NCBI GenBank assembly: GCA_027593235.1
Contig: JAQCIU010000008.1
Location: forward strand, 32,001-96,000
DNA from: Chloroflexota bacterium
Lineage (GTDB): Bacteria > Chloroflexota > Dehalococcoidia > UBA2979
Reading direction: 5' to 3'
Length of the DNA stretch: 64,000 nucleotides
The notes beneath the pieces are model-generated. The model was not told the origin of the DNA and did not search any database. It worked only from the letters and a program-made list of their open reading frames with translations. Numbering within the stretch: the first letter of the stretch is position 1; every line of letters begins with the position of its first letter. A program made the position numbers and the translations under genes. This document shows, in pieces, positions 29,705 through 39,508 of the stretch.

Positions 29705-30189
29705 GCACCGCCAACCGCGTGATCTTCGAGAGCACCAGCGCCGCGCGGACGCGCAGCTTCGGCAAGAAGCTCGCCCGCCTGCTCCGTTCGGGCGACGTGG
29801 TGCTGCTCCAGGGACCGCTTGGTGCTGGGAAGACCGCACTCACCCAGGGCATCGGCGCCGGGCTCGGCCTCGAGTCGGCGGTCACCAGCCCCACCTTCAT
29901 CCTGATGGCCGCGCACCCCACCGCGGGGGATCGCCCTTCGCTCTACCACGCGGATCTCTACCGCCTCACCGATCCCGCTGAGGTCGCCGACCTCCGCCTG
30001 GACGAGCAGGCCACGGATGGCGTGCTCGTCGTCGAGTGGCCGCAGCGTGCGTTCGACGAGCTGCCGCCAGAGCACCTGTTGATCGTGATCGAGACCGACC
30101 CGGCGCACTCGAATACCCGGAAGCTCACCTGCGTCGCCTCGGGCGCTCGCTACCAGCAGCTCCTGGACGGACTGCAGGCGCGTCGATGA
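29701..30189 (+). CDS. tsaE: t6A biosynthesis ATPase TsaE
   Basis: GPLGAGKT, VTSPTF, HADLYRL, VVEW. Confidence 0.95.
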   Translation: MSTANRVIFESTSAARTRSFGKKLARLLRSGDVVLLQGPLGAGKTALTQGIGAGLGLESAVTSPTFILMAAHPTAGDRPSLYHADLYRLTDPAEVADLRLDEQATDGVLVVEWPQRAFDELPPEHLLIVIETDPAHSNTRKLTCVASGARYQQLLDGLQARR

Positions 30190-30911
30190 GCACCACCCCG
30201 CGGACCACCCCGCGGCTCGTGCTGGCGATCGACACCGCCTCCGCCGCCGCCTCCGTGGCACTGGGCGACGGCGACACGCTCCGCGCAGAACGCCGCTGGA
30301 CGATCGAGACGACGATCTCCCAGGAACTACTCGCGGCGGTGGCCGCACTGCTCAGCGAGGCCGGCGTGCACCGCGCCGCCATCGAGGCGCTTGCCGTCTG
30401 CGTCGGCCCCGGCGGCTACGGCGGCCTGCGCGCCGGCGTGGCTACCGCGCAGGGCATGGCGCTCGCCCTCGGTGTACCGCTCGCGGCGGTGTCACGCCTC
30501 GAGGCCGACGCGGCGCCGTACCTGGCCGCGGCGCCACCCGGTCGGGCAGTCGTCGCGGTGCACGATGCCGGCCGCTCCGGACTCGCCTGGGCGGCCTACG
30601 CCCGCCCGGCCCCCGGAGCACCGGAGGTCGCGCTGATGGGGCCGACGATGACCAGCGCGGTCGAGTGCGCACAGACAGCACCAGCCGGCGCCATCTGGTG
30701 CGGCGAACTCAGCGACACGCTCGCCGAGGCACGTAGCGCAGCCCAACGGGAGGGCGATTCGATCGCAGCACCCAGCTCCGCATCACGAGCGGCCGCCGTC
30801 CTCGAACTCGCGCGCAAGCGCGCTAGCTACGATGATCCGGGTCTGGCGGACGTCATCTACCTCCGCCCGCCCTCAATCACGCGACCGAACACGCCGCCGG
30901 CGCAGCGCTAG
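30186..30911 (+). CDS. tsaB: t6A biosynthesis protein TsaB
   Basis: LAIDTAS, GPGGYGGLRAG, IYLR; coupled to tsaE. Confidence 0.9.
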   Translation: MSTTPRTTPRLVLAIDTASAAASVALGDGDTLRAERRWTIETTISQELLAAVAALLSEAGVHRAAIEALAVCVGPGGYGGLRAGVATAQGMALALGVPLAAVSRLEADAAPYLAAAPPGRAVVAVHDAGRSGLAWAAYARPAPGAPEVALMGPTMTSAVECAQTAPAGAIWCGELSDTLAEARSAAQREGDSIAAPSSASRAAAVLELARKRASYDDPGLADVIYLRPPSITRPNTPPAQR

Positions 30912-30940
30912 AGCGCCGTCACCGCACAAAAGGATTCCCC

Positions 30941-31390
30941 GTGGAACGCACTCTCATCCTCGTCAAGCCGGACGCCATGCAGCGCGGCCTCGCGTTCGAA
31001 GTCCTCGGCCGCCTCGAGCGCCGTGGCCTCAAGCTCGCCGGCCTCCGCCTGCTCCAGGTCGACGAGGCGATGGCGAAGCGCCACTACGGCGAGCACGAGG
31101 GGAAGCCCTTCTTCAACGGCCTCGTCGCCTACATCACTGCCTGCCCGATCGTCGCCGCGGTTTTCGAGGGCACCAACGCCGTCGCCGCCGCGCGACAGAC
31201 GATGGGCTCGACCAAGCCCACCGAGGCCGCCCCCGGCACCGTCCGCGGCGACCTCGGCATCGAGATCGGTCGCAACCTCGTCCACGGCTCCGACAGCCCG
31301 GAAAGCGCCGAGCGCGAGATCGGCATCTTCTTCGAGGGCCAGACCGTCACCACCTGGGACCGCGCGACCGATCCCTGGGTGTTCGAGTAG
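30941..31390 (+). CDS. ndk: Nucleoside diphosphate kinase
   Basis: ERTLILVKPDA, PGTVRGD, RNLVHGSDS. Confidence 0.97.
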   Translation: MERTLILVKPDAMQRGLAFEVLGRLERRGLKLAGLRLLQVDEAMAKRHYGEHEGKPFFNGLVAYITACPIVAAVFEGTNAVAAARQTMGSTKPTEAAPGTVRGDLGIEIGRNLVHGSDSPESAEREIGIFFEGQTVTTWDRATDPWVFE

Positions 31391-31505
31391 CCCAGGCTCG
31401 CCCGCCCGCCGGTCCAGTTGCCGTGTCGCCTGCATCGCGGATCCGACAACCAGGCAACCCGGCGCGGTCTCAGCTCGCCCCCGCCGCACCGACCAAACGA
31501 CCGCA

Positions 31506-32159
31506 GTGACCGCCCTCCAAGATGTCCAACGATTCTGGTCGGCACGGGCGGCCCAGTTCGACGACGAACCGGATCACGGCCTGGCCGCTCCGTATGTCCG
31601 AGACGCGTGGCGCGACCTCCTGCGTCAAGCGCTCCCCGGTGCGCAGCGGCGAGTCTTGGACCTCGGTTGCGGCACCGGCTCGCTCAGCCTCCTGATCGCC
31701 GAAGCCGGACATCGGGTCACGGGAATCGACCTCTCGCGACAGATGGTGCAGCTCGCCGATCAGAAGCTCGTCGCGAGCGGGCAGCGGGCGAACTTCATCG
31801 TCGGCGATGCAGCGGACCCGCCGTTCGCGCCAGGCACGTTCGACGTGGTCTTGTGCCGCCATCTGCTCTGGACGCTGCCGGACCCGCAGGCCGCGCTAGC
31901 GAGGTGGCAGCGGGTCCTCCGCCCCTCGGGGACGCTCGTCGCCATCGAGGGCCGTTGGGCCGCGCCGGACGCCCCGCGGCACGCGGAGCTGCCCTGGGAC
32001 GGAGGAGTGTCCGCGAACGTCCTGTTGGTAGTCCTCGAGCCGCTCTTCCATCACGTCCAGCAGCTCCCGCTCTCAGCGCGGGATGACCTGTGGGGCAAAC
32101 GAGTGACGGATGAGCGGTACGCGGTGATCGCGACGCGACCACGCTCGATCGGCTACTGA
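31506..32159 (+). CDS. Class I SAM-dependent methyltransferase
   Basis: VLDLGCGTG, GIDLS, FDVVLCRHLLW, LRPSG. Confidence 0.9.
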   Translation: MTALQDVQRFWSARAAQFDDEPDHGLAAPYVRDAWRDLLRQALPGAQRRVLDLGCGTGSLSLLIAEAGHRVTGIDLSRQMVQLADQKLVASGQRANFIVGDAADPPFAPGTFDVVLCRHLLWTLPDPQAALARWQRVLRPSGTLVAIEGRWAAPDAPRHAELPWDGGVSANVLLVVLEPLFHHVQQLPLSARDDLWGKRVTDERYAVIATRPRSIGY

Positions 32160-32542
32160 ACCCGAACCACTTCCTGCGCCTTGTTCCACAACCCTTCCAG
32201 GTCGTAGCGCAGTCGCGCTTCCGGTGAGAACAAGTGCACCAGGATCCCGGTACCGGTATCTAGCAGCACCCAGCCACTCTCCGGGCTGCCTTCCGGGCGA
32301 ACACGCGCGTCGACGCGATCACGTATCCCGGCCTCGACTCCCTCGATCGCGGCGCGTGCCTGTCGGATGTTGTCGATCGTCCCGATCACGAAGAAATCCG
32401 CGAACGCGGCGAGCGGTGTGAGGTCGAGCAGCACGATGTCGGCGACCTGGCGATCGGCAAGCCAATCGACCACCTCGTGAGCGAGGTCCACGTCGGGGCG
32501 CAGCGGGTCGACCACGGTCGAAGATTCGGACTCTACGGGCAT
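32153..32542 (-). CDS. rsfS: Ribosome silencing factor
   Basis: DIVLLDL, DFFVIGT, WVLLD, VHLF, RYDLEGLW. Confidence 0.92.
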   Translation of the reverse strand: MPVESESSTVVDPLRPDVDLAHEVVDWLADRQVADIVLLDLTPLAAFADFFVIGTIDNIRQARAAIEGVEAGIRDRVDARVRPEGSPESGWVLLDTGTGILVHLFSPEARLRYDLEGLWNKAQEVVRVQ

Positions 32543-32605
32543 CTGCGCGCGACCTCAGTCGGATTCAGCTGCGGCCGGCTGGTGCCAGCCGCAGCTCTCA
32601 GACTA

Positions 32606-33238
32606 CTAGCTACAGGTCGATTCGATCGCGGAAGTGGCAGTGCTGCCGTCCCCGAAGTCGATTTGCACCGTCGAGGTCAGCGAAGTGCCATCGAACGCAA
32701 AGTCCTCAAGCGTGGCCTTCGAGGCGGCGTTGTTGAACGCCGGAGGTGCCTCGAACACCGCATCCTTGGCCGCGCCGCTTGAATCAAAGGTCAGCTTCGC
32801 ATTGCCCAGGAAGTCGGCAGCGGCGTCGACAACAACGTTGTCTCCGTCGAGTGCCAGCGGCAGTTCAACCGTTCCACCCGCCACGCCAAAGACATTCCCG
32901 CCGAGGGTGATCGTCACGGTGCCGGAGTCGCCCGCGTCATTTGCCGCGAATGCAGCATCGAAAGAGCCCGTGGACCCGAACGTCAGGTTCGTCCAGCCGC
33001 CGGTGCAGCTCACGCCGTTCACAGCGGCGAGCACGCCCTGCTCTTCCATCGGCTCCTCGGTCGCGGTCGCACTCGCGTCGTCCATCGGCTCTTCAGTCGC
33101 CGTTGCGCTCGCGTCGCCGGATGCCGCGGCCGTGGCCGTCGGCTCATCGCCACCATCGCTATCGTCGTCACCGCCGCAGGCGGCGCCAAGCAGCAATACC
33201 GCCGGCACCAGGCCAACGAGTAGGAGTCGTTTCATCAT
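32606..33238 (-). CDS. Hypothetical lipoprotein
   Basis: Lipobox GAAC, duplicated [11 protein letters not shown] linker, beta-rich C-domain. Confidence 0.75.
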   Translation of the reverse strand: MMKRLLLVGLVPAVLLLGAACGGDDDSDGGDEPTATAAASGDASATATEEPMDDASATATEEPMEEQGVLAAVNGVSCTGGWTNLTFGSTGSFDAAFAANDAGDSGTVTITLGGNVFGVAGGTVELPLALDGDNVVVDAAADFLGNAKLTFDSSGAAKDAVFEAPPAFNNAASKATLEDFAFDGTSLTSTVQIDFGDGSTATSAIESTCS

Positions 33239-33350
33239 CTCGAGTTCCCTCTCACTCCAAAACCTCACCAAATCACCCAGGGGGCTACCAGCTTCACGCG
33301 GTCAAGAACAGGGTGAGGAGCCTGATGGGGAGCGCCCGTACACTGGATCG

Positions 33351-34427
33351 ATGAGTGAACGCGTGCTGGTTGCCATGTCCGGTGGCGTCGATTCCGCCGT
33401 TGCCGCCGCCCTCCTGGTGGAACAGGGGTACGACGTCATTGGCGTCACGATGCGCCTGTACACCGAACCGGACGAAACGGTCCTGCGATCACAGCGCACC
33501 TGCTGTGGCATCGAGGACGTCGCCGACGCTCGCACAGCGGCCCAGGTACTGGGTATCCCGCACTACGTGCTCAACATGGAGCGCGAGTTCCAGCACTCGG
33601 TCGTCGAACCCTTCGTCAACGCCTACGCGAACGGTCGAACGCCGAATCCCTGCCTCAACTGCAACCAGTACGTGAAGTTCGCCACCCTCCTCGACCGGGC
33701 GATCGCGATGGGCGTTGACCGGCTCGCCACGGGCCACTACGCCCGCATCGAGGAGCGCGATGGGAGCTGGCGGCTCCATCAGGCGCTCGACCCCGCCAAG
33801 GACCAGTCGTACGTGCTCTACACGCTCGACCAGGCGGCGCTCTCGCGCACGCTCTTCCCGCTGGCCGACCTCGAAAAGGCCGATACCCGCCAGGTGGCCC
33901 GCGATCACGGCCTCCCGCTCGCCGAGAAGCCCGACAGCGTCGATATCTGCTTCGTCCCGGGCGGCGACTACCGCGCCGTCCTGCGCGAGCATGGCCTGAT
34001 CACCCCCGCCGGCGATATCCAGGACGCGAGCGGCTCGGTCGTCGGTCGCCACGATGGCATCTCGAACTACACCGTCGGCCAGCGCCGCGGTCTGGGCGTC
34101 ACAGCCGAGCAGCCGCGCTACGTCACCAACATCGATACCGCCCGCAACATCGTCGTGATCGGCAGCGACGCCGACCTCGAGACGACCGAGGTCACGGCGA
34201 GCGCCCCGCACTGGGTCGGCGCACCGCCGGCACTCGGCGAGGCGCTCGCCGCACGGATCCGCTATCACGGCGCCGATGCGCCGGGGCGGGTCACCGCGCT
34301 GTCCTCGGACGGGTTCACGTTCACCGCGGACACGCCGGTCCGCGCGGCCGCGCCAGGACAGGCCGCCGTCCTCTATCGTGGCTCGGAGGTGGTCGGAGGC
34401 GGCACCATCGAGCGGACTCCCTCGTAA
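33351..34427 (+). CDS. mnmA: tRNA 2-thiouridine(34) synthase
   Basis: [49 protein letters not shown]. Confidence 0.97.
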   Translation: MSERVLVAMSGGVDSAVAAALLVEQGYDVIGVTMRLYTEPDETVLRSQRTCCGIEDVADARTAAQVLGIPHYVLNMEREFQHSVVEPFVNAYANGRTPNPCLNCNQYVKFATLLDRAIAMGVDRLATGHYARIEERDGSWRLHQALDPAKDQSYVLYTLDQAALSRTLFPLADLEKADTRQVARDHGLPLAEKPDSVDICFVPGGDYRAVLREHGLITPAGDIQDASGSVVGRHDGISNYTVGQRRGLGVTAEQPRYVTNIDTARNIVVIGSDADLETTEVTASAPHWVGAPPALGEALAARIRYHGADAPGRVTALSSDGFTFTADTPVRAAAPGQAAVLYRGSEVVGGGTIERTPS

Positions 34428-34546
34428 GCAAACGACCAGCCTCGGGTGCCCGCATGGGTGTTCGAGGATTGTCACTGATCCAGCGCCGCGCGTAACATGA
34501 CCTGTCGGCGTTGAGCGCGCGACGGTGAGGGGCATTGGGCCAAGTC

Positions 34547-34897
34547 ATGCAAAACGCGCTAATCCTCGGCCTTTCCTGGCCCAGCCTCGAAACCTTTCGC
34601 GACTGGGTGATCGTGGTCTACGGACTGATGGGCATCATCGCCTTCTTCCTGGTGATCGTGATCCTGCTGCTGATGATCTGGATGCTCCGCGGCGTGCGTG
34701 GGTCGGTCCGCTCGCTGATCGAGGATCCGATCCGCCCGACGCTTGACGAGGTCCGCAAGACAGCTCAGAACATCCGCGGCACCAGCGAGTTCGTCGCTGA
34801 CAGCGCCATTCACCCGGTGATCCGAACGGTTTCCGCCGTCCGCGGCATCCGTCGCGGCATTGCCTCGATCGCTGGCATTCGCCCGCGTCGGCGTTAG
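34547..34897 (+). CDS. Small membrane protein
   Basis: One long hydrophobic helix followed by an amphipathic helical tail. Confidence 0.65.
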   Translation: MQNALILGLSWPSLETFRDWVIVVYGLMGIIAFFLVIVILLLMIWMLRGVRGSVRSLIEDPIRPTLDEVRKTAQNIRGTSEFVADSAIHPVIRTVSAVRGIRRGIASIAGIRPRRR

Positions 34898-34909
34898 GCG
34901 GCGCGGACG

Positions 34910-35245
34910 ATGCTTCGCCGCCTGGTCTCCGCACCAATCACCGTGGTCCTGCTCCCCGTTCGCCTTGGGCGCGGACTGTCGTCAATGCGATTCAGTACCG
35001 TCCTCGCGATCGGCACCGGCGCGGCTGCGGCGTTCACCGCCGCTCGCCGGCTGATGGACCGCGACGACGCTGCGGAAGAATTGCCTGCAGCGCTTCAGCA
35101 GCCGGCCGTGAAGGCCCAGACCTCACTGCGACAGTGGCGCGGCCGCCTCAGCGACGCGATGGACGAGGCCAGCGAAGAGACCGCCACCGCAGCCGAGGAG
35201 CTCCGCCAGGAGTACCTCCGCAAGACCGGTCGCCTCCAGGACTAG
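34910..35245 (+). CDS. Small hypothetical protein
   Basis: Co-oriented ORF with a short hydrophobic segment and helical tail. Confidence 0.55.
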   Translation: MLRRLVSAPITVVLLPVRLGRGLSSMRFSTVLAIGTGAAAAFTAARRLMDRDDAAEELPAALQQPAVKAQTSLRQWRGRLSDAMDEASEETATAAEELRQEYLRKTGRLQD

Positions 35246-35302
35246 CACCGCTTGGCGCCGCCCCCGATTGAGCCTCCGCGTACCGCACCTATACTGGCTC
35301 GT

Positions 35303-35388
35303 GGAGAGGTGGCCGAGCGGTTGAAGGCGCCTGTCTCGAAAACAGGTAGACGAGAGTCTCGCGGGTTCGAATCCCGCCCTCTCCGCCA
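35303..35388 (+). tRNA. tRNA-Ser(CGA)
   Basis: GGAGAGG acceptor, CCTGT-CTCGAAA-ACAGG anticodon arm, long variable arm, GGTTCGAATCC, CCA. Confidence 0.96.
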
Positions 35389-35435
35389 CATGACCTACTC
35401 CAATCAGTGACCCAGCGGAAAAACAACCCCCTCGC

Positions 35436-35527
35436 GGAGAGGTGCTGGAGTGGCTGAACAGGCTCGCCTGGAAAGCGGGTAGAGGGGGCAACTCCTCTCG
35501 TGGGTTCGAATCCCACCCTCTCCGCCA
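35436..35527 (+). tRNA. tRNA-Ser(GGA)
   Basis: GGAGAGG acceptor, CTCGC-CTGGAAA-GCGGG anticodon arm, long variable arm, GGTTCGAATCC, CCA. Confidence 0.96.
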
Positions 35528-35726
35528 TACCAACGCCCTGCGGCGCCCGTACGCGGGAGCCAGTGTGGGCTCCGGCCGACCGCAGGCAGCGATGCGCTCA
35601 TGGTCTGAGCGACCGCTTACGTCCGGCTGCGAGAGTGAATCGGTGTCAGGGACTCACCGCCGGTTCCAGGCAATCCCCCGCTCGCCTCCGGATACGCTGG
35701 AACGGGCGAGACGGAGGGAGCGGCGC

Positions 35727-36563
35727 ATGCAGGTTGATTTCGCAATCGTGGGAGCCCAGAAGTGCGGCACCACGACCCTGTATGACATCCTCAACACCCA
35801 TCCCGACCTGGTCGGCAGCCGCGTGAAGGAGCCACACTTCTTCCTCGCTCCCGACTGGCGCGCGCGCCTCAATGACTACAACGCACTCTTCGCTCAGCGA
35901 CCGGGCGCGAAGTACTTCGAGGCCTCCACCAGCTACACCTTCTTCCCGCTGCGCCGGCTCGGGATCTGGCACGACATGTTCGAGTACAACCCGGCGAAGA
36001 AGTTCATCTACCTCGTCCGAAACCCGATTGACCGGATCGTCTCCAACTTCGTCCACGTCTACGAACGCAGCACGATCACCGCGAGCATCGACGAAGAGCT
36101 GAGAACGAATCGCTTCTACCTGGACGTGACGCGGTACCACACGCAGATCATGCCGTTCATCCGTAAGTTCGTCCGCGATCGCGTGATGCTGATCGACTTC
36201 GACGATCTGATCGAGGACCGCGAGACGGTGATGCGTGACCTCTCCGAGTTCCTTGAGGTCGATCCCGAACACTTCGGCGACTACGCCGACGTCCATTCGA
36301 ATGCCTCGGGGGATCCGCGCATCCTGCAGGCGCGGCACTACTCACCGCCGCCTCATCTCCGAGTGATCCGCAAGTTCGCACCGCGGCTCTGGCGCCGAAT
36401 CACCGATAACTCAAAGCGGATACTGACGGAGCGGCCAACCCCGAACGCCGAGAGCCGCGAACTCGTCCAGACGATGCTGGACCTGGAGGTACGCGGGCTT
36501 GAAGAGCTGCTGGAGAAGGACCTCAGCGCCTGGCTGCCCGCTACGGACAGCACGCCCACGTAG
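35727..36563 (+). CDS. PAPS-dependent sulfotransferase family protein
   Basis: GAQKCGTTTL, KEPHFF, EASTSY, LVRNPIDRIVS; RBS GGAGGGAG. Confidence 0.9.
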   Translation: MQVDFAIVGAQKCGTTTLYDILNTHPDLVGSRVKEPHFFLAPDWRARLNDYNALFAQRPGAKYFEASTSYTFFPLRRLGIWHDMFEYNPAKKFIYLVRNPIDRIVSNFVHVYERSTITASIDEELRTNRFYLDVTRYHTQIMPFIRKFVRDRVMLIDFDDLIEDRETVMRDLSEFLEVDPEHFGDYADVHSNASGDPRILQARHYSPPPHLRVIRKFAPRLWRRITDNSKRILTERPTPNAESRELVQTMLDLEVRGLEELLEKDLSAWLPATDSTPT

Positions 36564-36626
36564 CTCCGCAACGGCGCCGATCGCCCTCGAAGCAGGTGCG
36601 GGCGGCGAGGCCTCGTTCGCCGGGCG

Positions 36627-37451
36627 CTACGCACGCTCCGCGCGCACGACGACCCGGTCGACGTAGCTGGCTTCGCGGCTGTCGAAATCGCCCCCACACG
36701 TGTAGATGGTGATCGAATCAACCGTGACGTCGTTGCTCCAGATCTCACCCCAGCGCTCAGCGTCGCCCGCGTGGATCTGCTCCTTCCACTGCACGACGTA
36801 CTCCAGCGTCTGGCCGTTGTAGTCCACAAAGATCTTGTCGCCCGCCAATAAGGTGCCAAGGTCCTGGAACACGGCTGGCCCAAGGTAGCGGGTGTCTGCG
36901 TACGGAACGTAGTCGTTGAGGTCGAAGTGGCCGGAGAAGATCGCGTTCCCACCGCCGCCAGGAACTCCACCGAGGCCCGGCCACGCGCTGAGGTCGTACC
37001 AGAAGACTGTCGCCGGTCCCTCCGGCGTTCCCATCTGGGTACTGCTCACCGTGCTCGCGCCCACCGGCGCATTGACGCCGATGCTGGGGATCCGCAGCGT
37101 CGCAAAGTTGTAGCCATCCGGGTGCCCATACTGTGAGACCAATTGGGTCAGGCTGGTAACCACCGGCTCTGGTGTGGGCGTTGGTGTCGGCGTTCGCGTC
37201 GCACGAGGGGTGGCTGTCGGTCGCGGTGTCGGGGTCGCTGTTGGGGTAGTGGTCGCAGATGGCGTCGGTGTCGGTGAGGCCGTCGCTGTTTCGATGATCG
37301 GTGACGCGCTGGATCCGCCCGCGATCACCACCGTGGCGACAAGCACACCAAACAGGAGCCCGATCGCGCCCAGCATCGCACCGCGAAGAAACAGCTGCTG
37401 ACCGTTCCACCAGGCAACGATCGAGCGTGCTGCCCTCTGTAGCCGCTGCAT
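36627..37451 (-). CDS. Class F sortase
   Basis: TM anchor, PT linker, LRIPSIGVNAPV, GNAIFSGH, ITIYTCGG, DRVVVRA (His-Cys-Arg triad). Confidence 0.9.
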   Translation of the reverse strand: MQRLQRAARSIVAWWNGQQLFLRGAMLGAIGLLFGVLVATVVIAGGSSASPIIETATASPTPTPSATTTPTATPTPRPTATPRATRTPTPTPTPEPVVTSLTQLVSQYGHPDGYNFATLRIPSIGVNAPVGASTVSSTQMGTPEGPATVFWYDLSAWPGLGGVPGGGGNAIFSGHFDLNDYVPYADTRYLGPAVFQDLGTLLAGDKIFVDYNGQTLEYVVQWKEQIHAGDAERWGEIWSNDVTVDSITIYTCGGDFDSREASYVDRVVVRAERA

Positions 37452-37658
37452 CAGCAGCTCCTCAGTTACCCCGCGTCAGTGTCACCCAAATCCCCCACGG
37501 CGACCCGGCAACGATAGCGCTCCTCCACAGAGGCGCAACGTTCTCCTGGTTATCAGACGTGGCCCGCGCCGCAGCGGTTCCATCGTATCGGGAACCGGAC
37601 CACCCGACCGCCGCCTCGTACACTGGCGATACCACCCAGACGAAAGACCTCGACCAGC

Positions 37659-38744
37659 ATGCCTCTTCGCATCCCGTCGCGCCTCCCCTCCCGGCAACGT
37701 GGGAATCGGCAGGCTCCGCGCCATTCGCCGGTGACGAACAACACCGGACGCCGTGCCTCGACAAGCGGTGAGGCAACCGGAAAGGCCGCGGCCGCACCAC
37801 CACGCCTCGTTAGGCCGATCGTCGCTGCCGTTGCGATCGCTGTCGCGTTGACCGCGGCAATCGGCTGTTCCGAGGGCGCCTCGGACAGGACGCCCTCCAC
37901 CGGTGGCGATCCGGTCCAGTCCGTCCTCGGCGACAGTTACCCCCGCTTCCGGGACGCGGAGGCCGGCTACACCGTGATCCTGGGGACCCCTGACCTCGCC
38001 GTCGGGACGCAACGGGTGGCGTTCGTCCTGAGCGACAGCAGCGGCATCGTCCGCCTCCCGGTCCTTCGCCTCGCAAGTCTCGCTCCCGGCACGGACTCGG
38101 TCGTGTCGCAGGCCGCCACGGCGCGCTTCTACGAGTTCCCGCTGGGCACCCGCGGCATCCATGTCACCGATCTGACGTTCGATCGGCCCGGCGATTGGAC
38201 GCTGGAACTCCGCATCCCGGCGCCCACCGGCGCTGTCGCCACCACCCGCTTCACCATCCGCGTCGCCGAGCGCGCTCTCTCACCCGCGGTCGGCGCGCCC
38301 GCGCCCCGCAGTGTGAGCCGCACTCTCGAGGACGTCGCAGCCCTCGAGGACCTCAGCACCGGCGCGGAGATCGATGCCGACCTCTACGCGCTCTCAATCG
38401 ACGAGGCACTATCGAACGGCCTGCCCTCGATGATCGTCTTCGCCAGCCCTGGCTTCTGCACGACCCCGCTGTGTGGTCCCCAGGTCGAGGTGATGAGCGA
38501 CCTGCAAGCGCGGTATCCGGATGCTGCAAACTACATCCACGTTGATCTGTTCGAGAATCCCTCGGACCTCCGCGCCGGCGATCTGTCGCGGGCCGTCCGA
38601 TCGCCGCTCCTCGCCGAGTGGGGGCTGCGCACCGACGAATGGACCTTCCTCGTGACCCCGGACGGGCGCGTGGCGTACCGCTACGAGGCCTTCGTACCCA
38701 TCGAGGAGCTCGAGCCCGCGTTCACCTCGCTGCTCGCGAACTAG
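37659..38744 (+). CDS. Lipoprotein with thioredoxin-like domain, paralog of 17398..18360
   Basis: Lipobox AIGC, SPGFCTTPLCGP, YIHVD, EWGL; start uncertain. Confidence 0.75.
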   Translation: MPLRIPSRLPSRQRGNRQAPRHSPVTNNTGRRASTSGEATGKAAAAPPRLVRPIVAAVAIAVALTAAIGCSEGASDRTPSTGGDPVQSVLGDSYPRFRDAEAGYTVILGTPDLAVGTQRVAFVLSDSSGIVRLPVLRLASLAPGTDSVVSQAATARFYEFPLGTRGIHVTDLTFDRPGDWTLELRIPAPTGAVATTRFTIRVAERALSPAVGAPAPRSVSRTLEDVAALEDLSTGAEIDADLYALSIDEALSNGLPSMIVFASPGFCTTPLCGPQVEVMSDLQARYPDAANYIHVDLFENPSDLRAGDLSRAVRSPLLAEWGLRTDEWTFLVTPDGRVAYRYEAFVPIEELEPAFTSLLAN

Positions 38745-38815
38745 CCTCGGAAGTCCCGGGCGGACTCGGGTGTCTCGGGGGCACGCATGCAGACCTCGGA
38801 CGTTTCCTTCGGGCA

Positions 38816-38861
38816 GCAAAACGGCCGGCCTCCGTGCGGTTTCCCGCACGAAGACCGGCCG
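38816..38861 (-). terminator. Intrinsic terminator
   Basis: CGGCCGG..CGTGCGG/CCGCACG..CCGGCCG stem followed by TTTT on the minus strand, just after the 38888 stop. Confidence 0.7.
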
Positions 38862-38887
38862 AGAGAGTCGACCGAAGTCGAACAGCT

Positions 38888-39409
38888 CTAGCGGGAGCGC
38901 GTCACTGCGCGGCCGCCGACGATCGCCACTGCTGCCATAGCAGCAAGGAGAAGCGCCGCGATCGAGCTCGTGCTCGTGCTCGCGAAACCGGCGTTACCGG
39001 TGTCGCCCGGGACCGGGACCGGGGCCGGGGTCTCGCCGCCACCAGTGGCGGTCAGAACCGTACCCGTCGCCGCGTCTGCCGGTCGGCCACCGAGACTATA
39101 GGTCTCGGTCTGATCGGCAACGGCGCCGTTCAGCGAGAAAGAGATGGTGTCGCCGTTAGCGAACGTGCAGTCGCCGAGCGAGTCGGCGATCTGAATCGGG
39201 CCCCAGTTGCCGCTGGCGTCGGCCGTAACCGCGTCGCCGCACTGAGTCGTCCCTGCCCAAACACCGATCGAATCGCCTTCCGTAGCACCGGTACCATACG
39301 CGGTGAACGGTACCGACTGAGCACTAGCCGACGTCGCGAACGCTCCGAAGAGCGAAACAGCGACGGCAAAGGCAGCGCTCAGGGCCAATGTCTTACGCAA
39401 CAACGTCAT
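38888..39409 (-). CDS. Secreted protein with C-terminal sortase-type sorting signal
   Basis: Signal peptide; C-terminus VPGDTGNAG + hydrophobic helix + RAVTRSR; RBS AAGGAG. Confidence 0.82.
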   Translation of the reverse strand: MTLLRKTLALSAAFAVAVSLFGAFATSASAQSVPFTAYGTGATEGDSIGVWAGTTQCGDAVTADASGNWGPIQIADSLGDCTFANGDTISFSLNGAVADQTETYSLGGRPADAATGTVLTATGGGETPAPVPVPGDTGNAGFASTSTSSIAALLLAAMAAVAIVGGRAVTRSR

Positions 39410-39508
39410 CCTGACTCCTTGTCCTCTCGATCAATCCCTCCCGGACTGCTGAGCGAGTTGCCCAGCAATCCGAGAAGGCGATCTGGAGGCTGTCCTAGCC
39501 TGCCCGAA

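Noticed and set aside
35303-35527. Shared CCCTCTCCGCCA ends as att sites of an island
   Set aside because: Both copies are parts of complete tRNA-Ser genes; no integrase or distal copy was seen.
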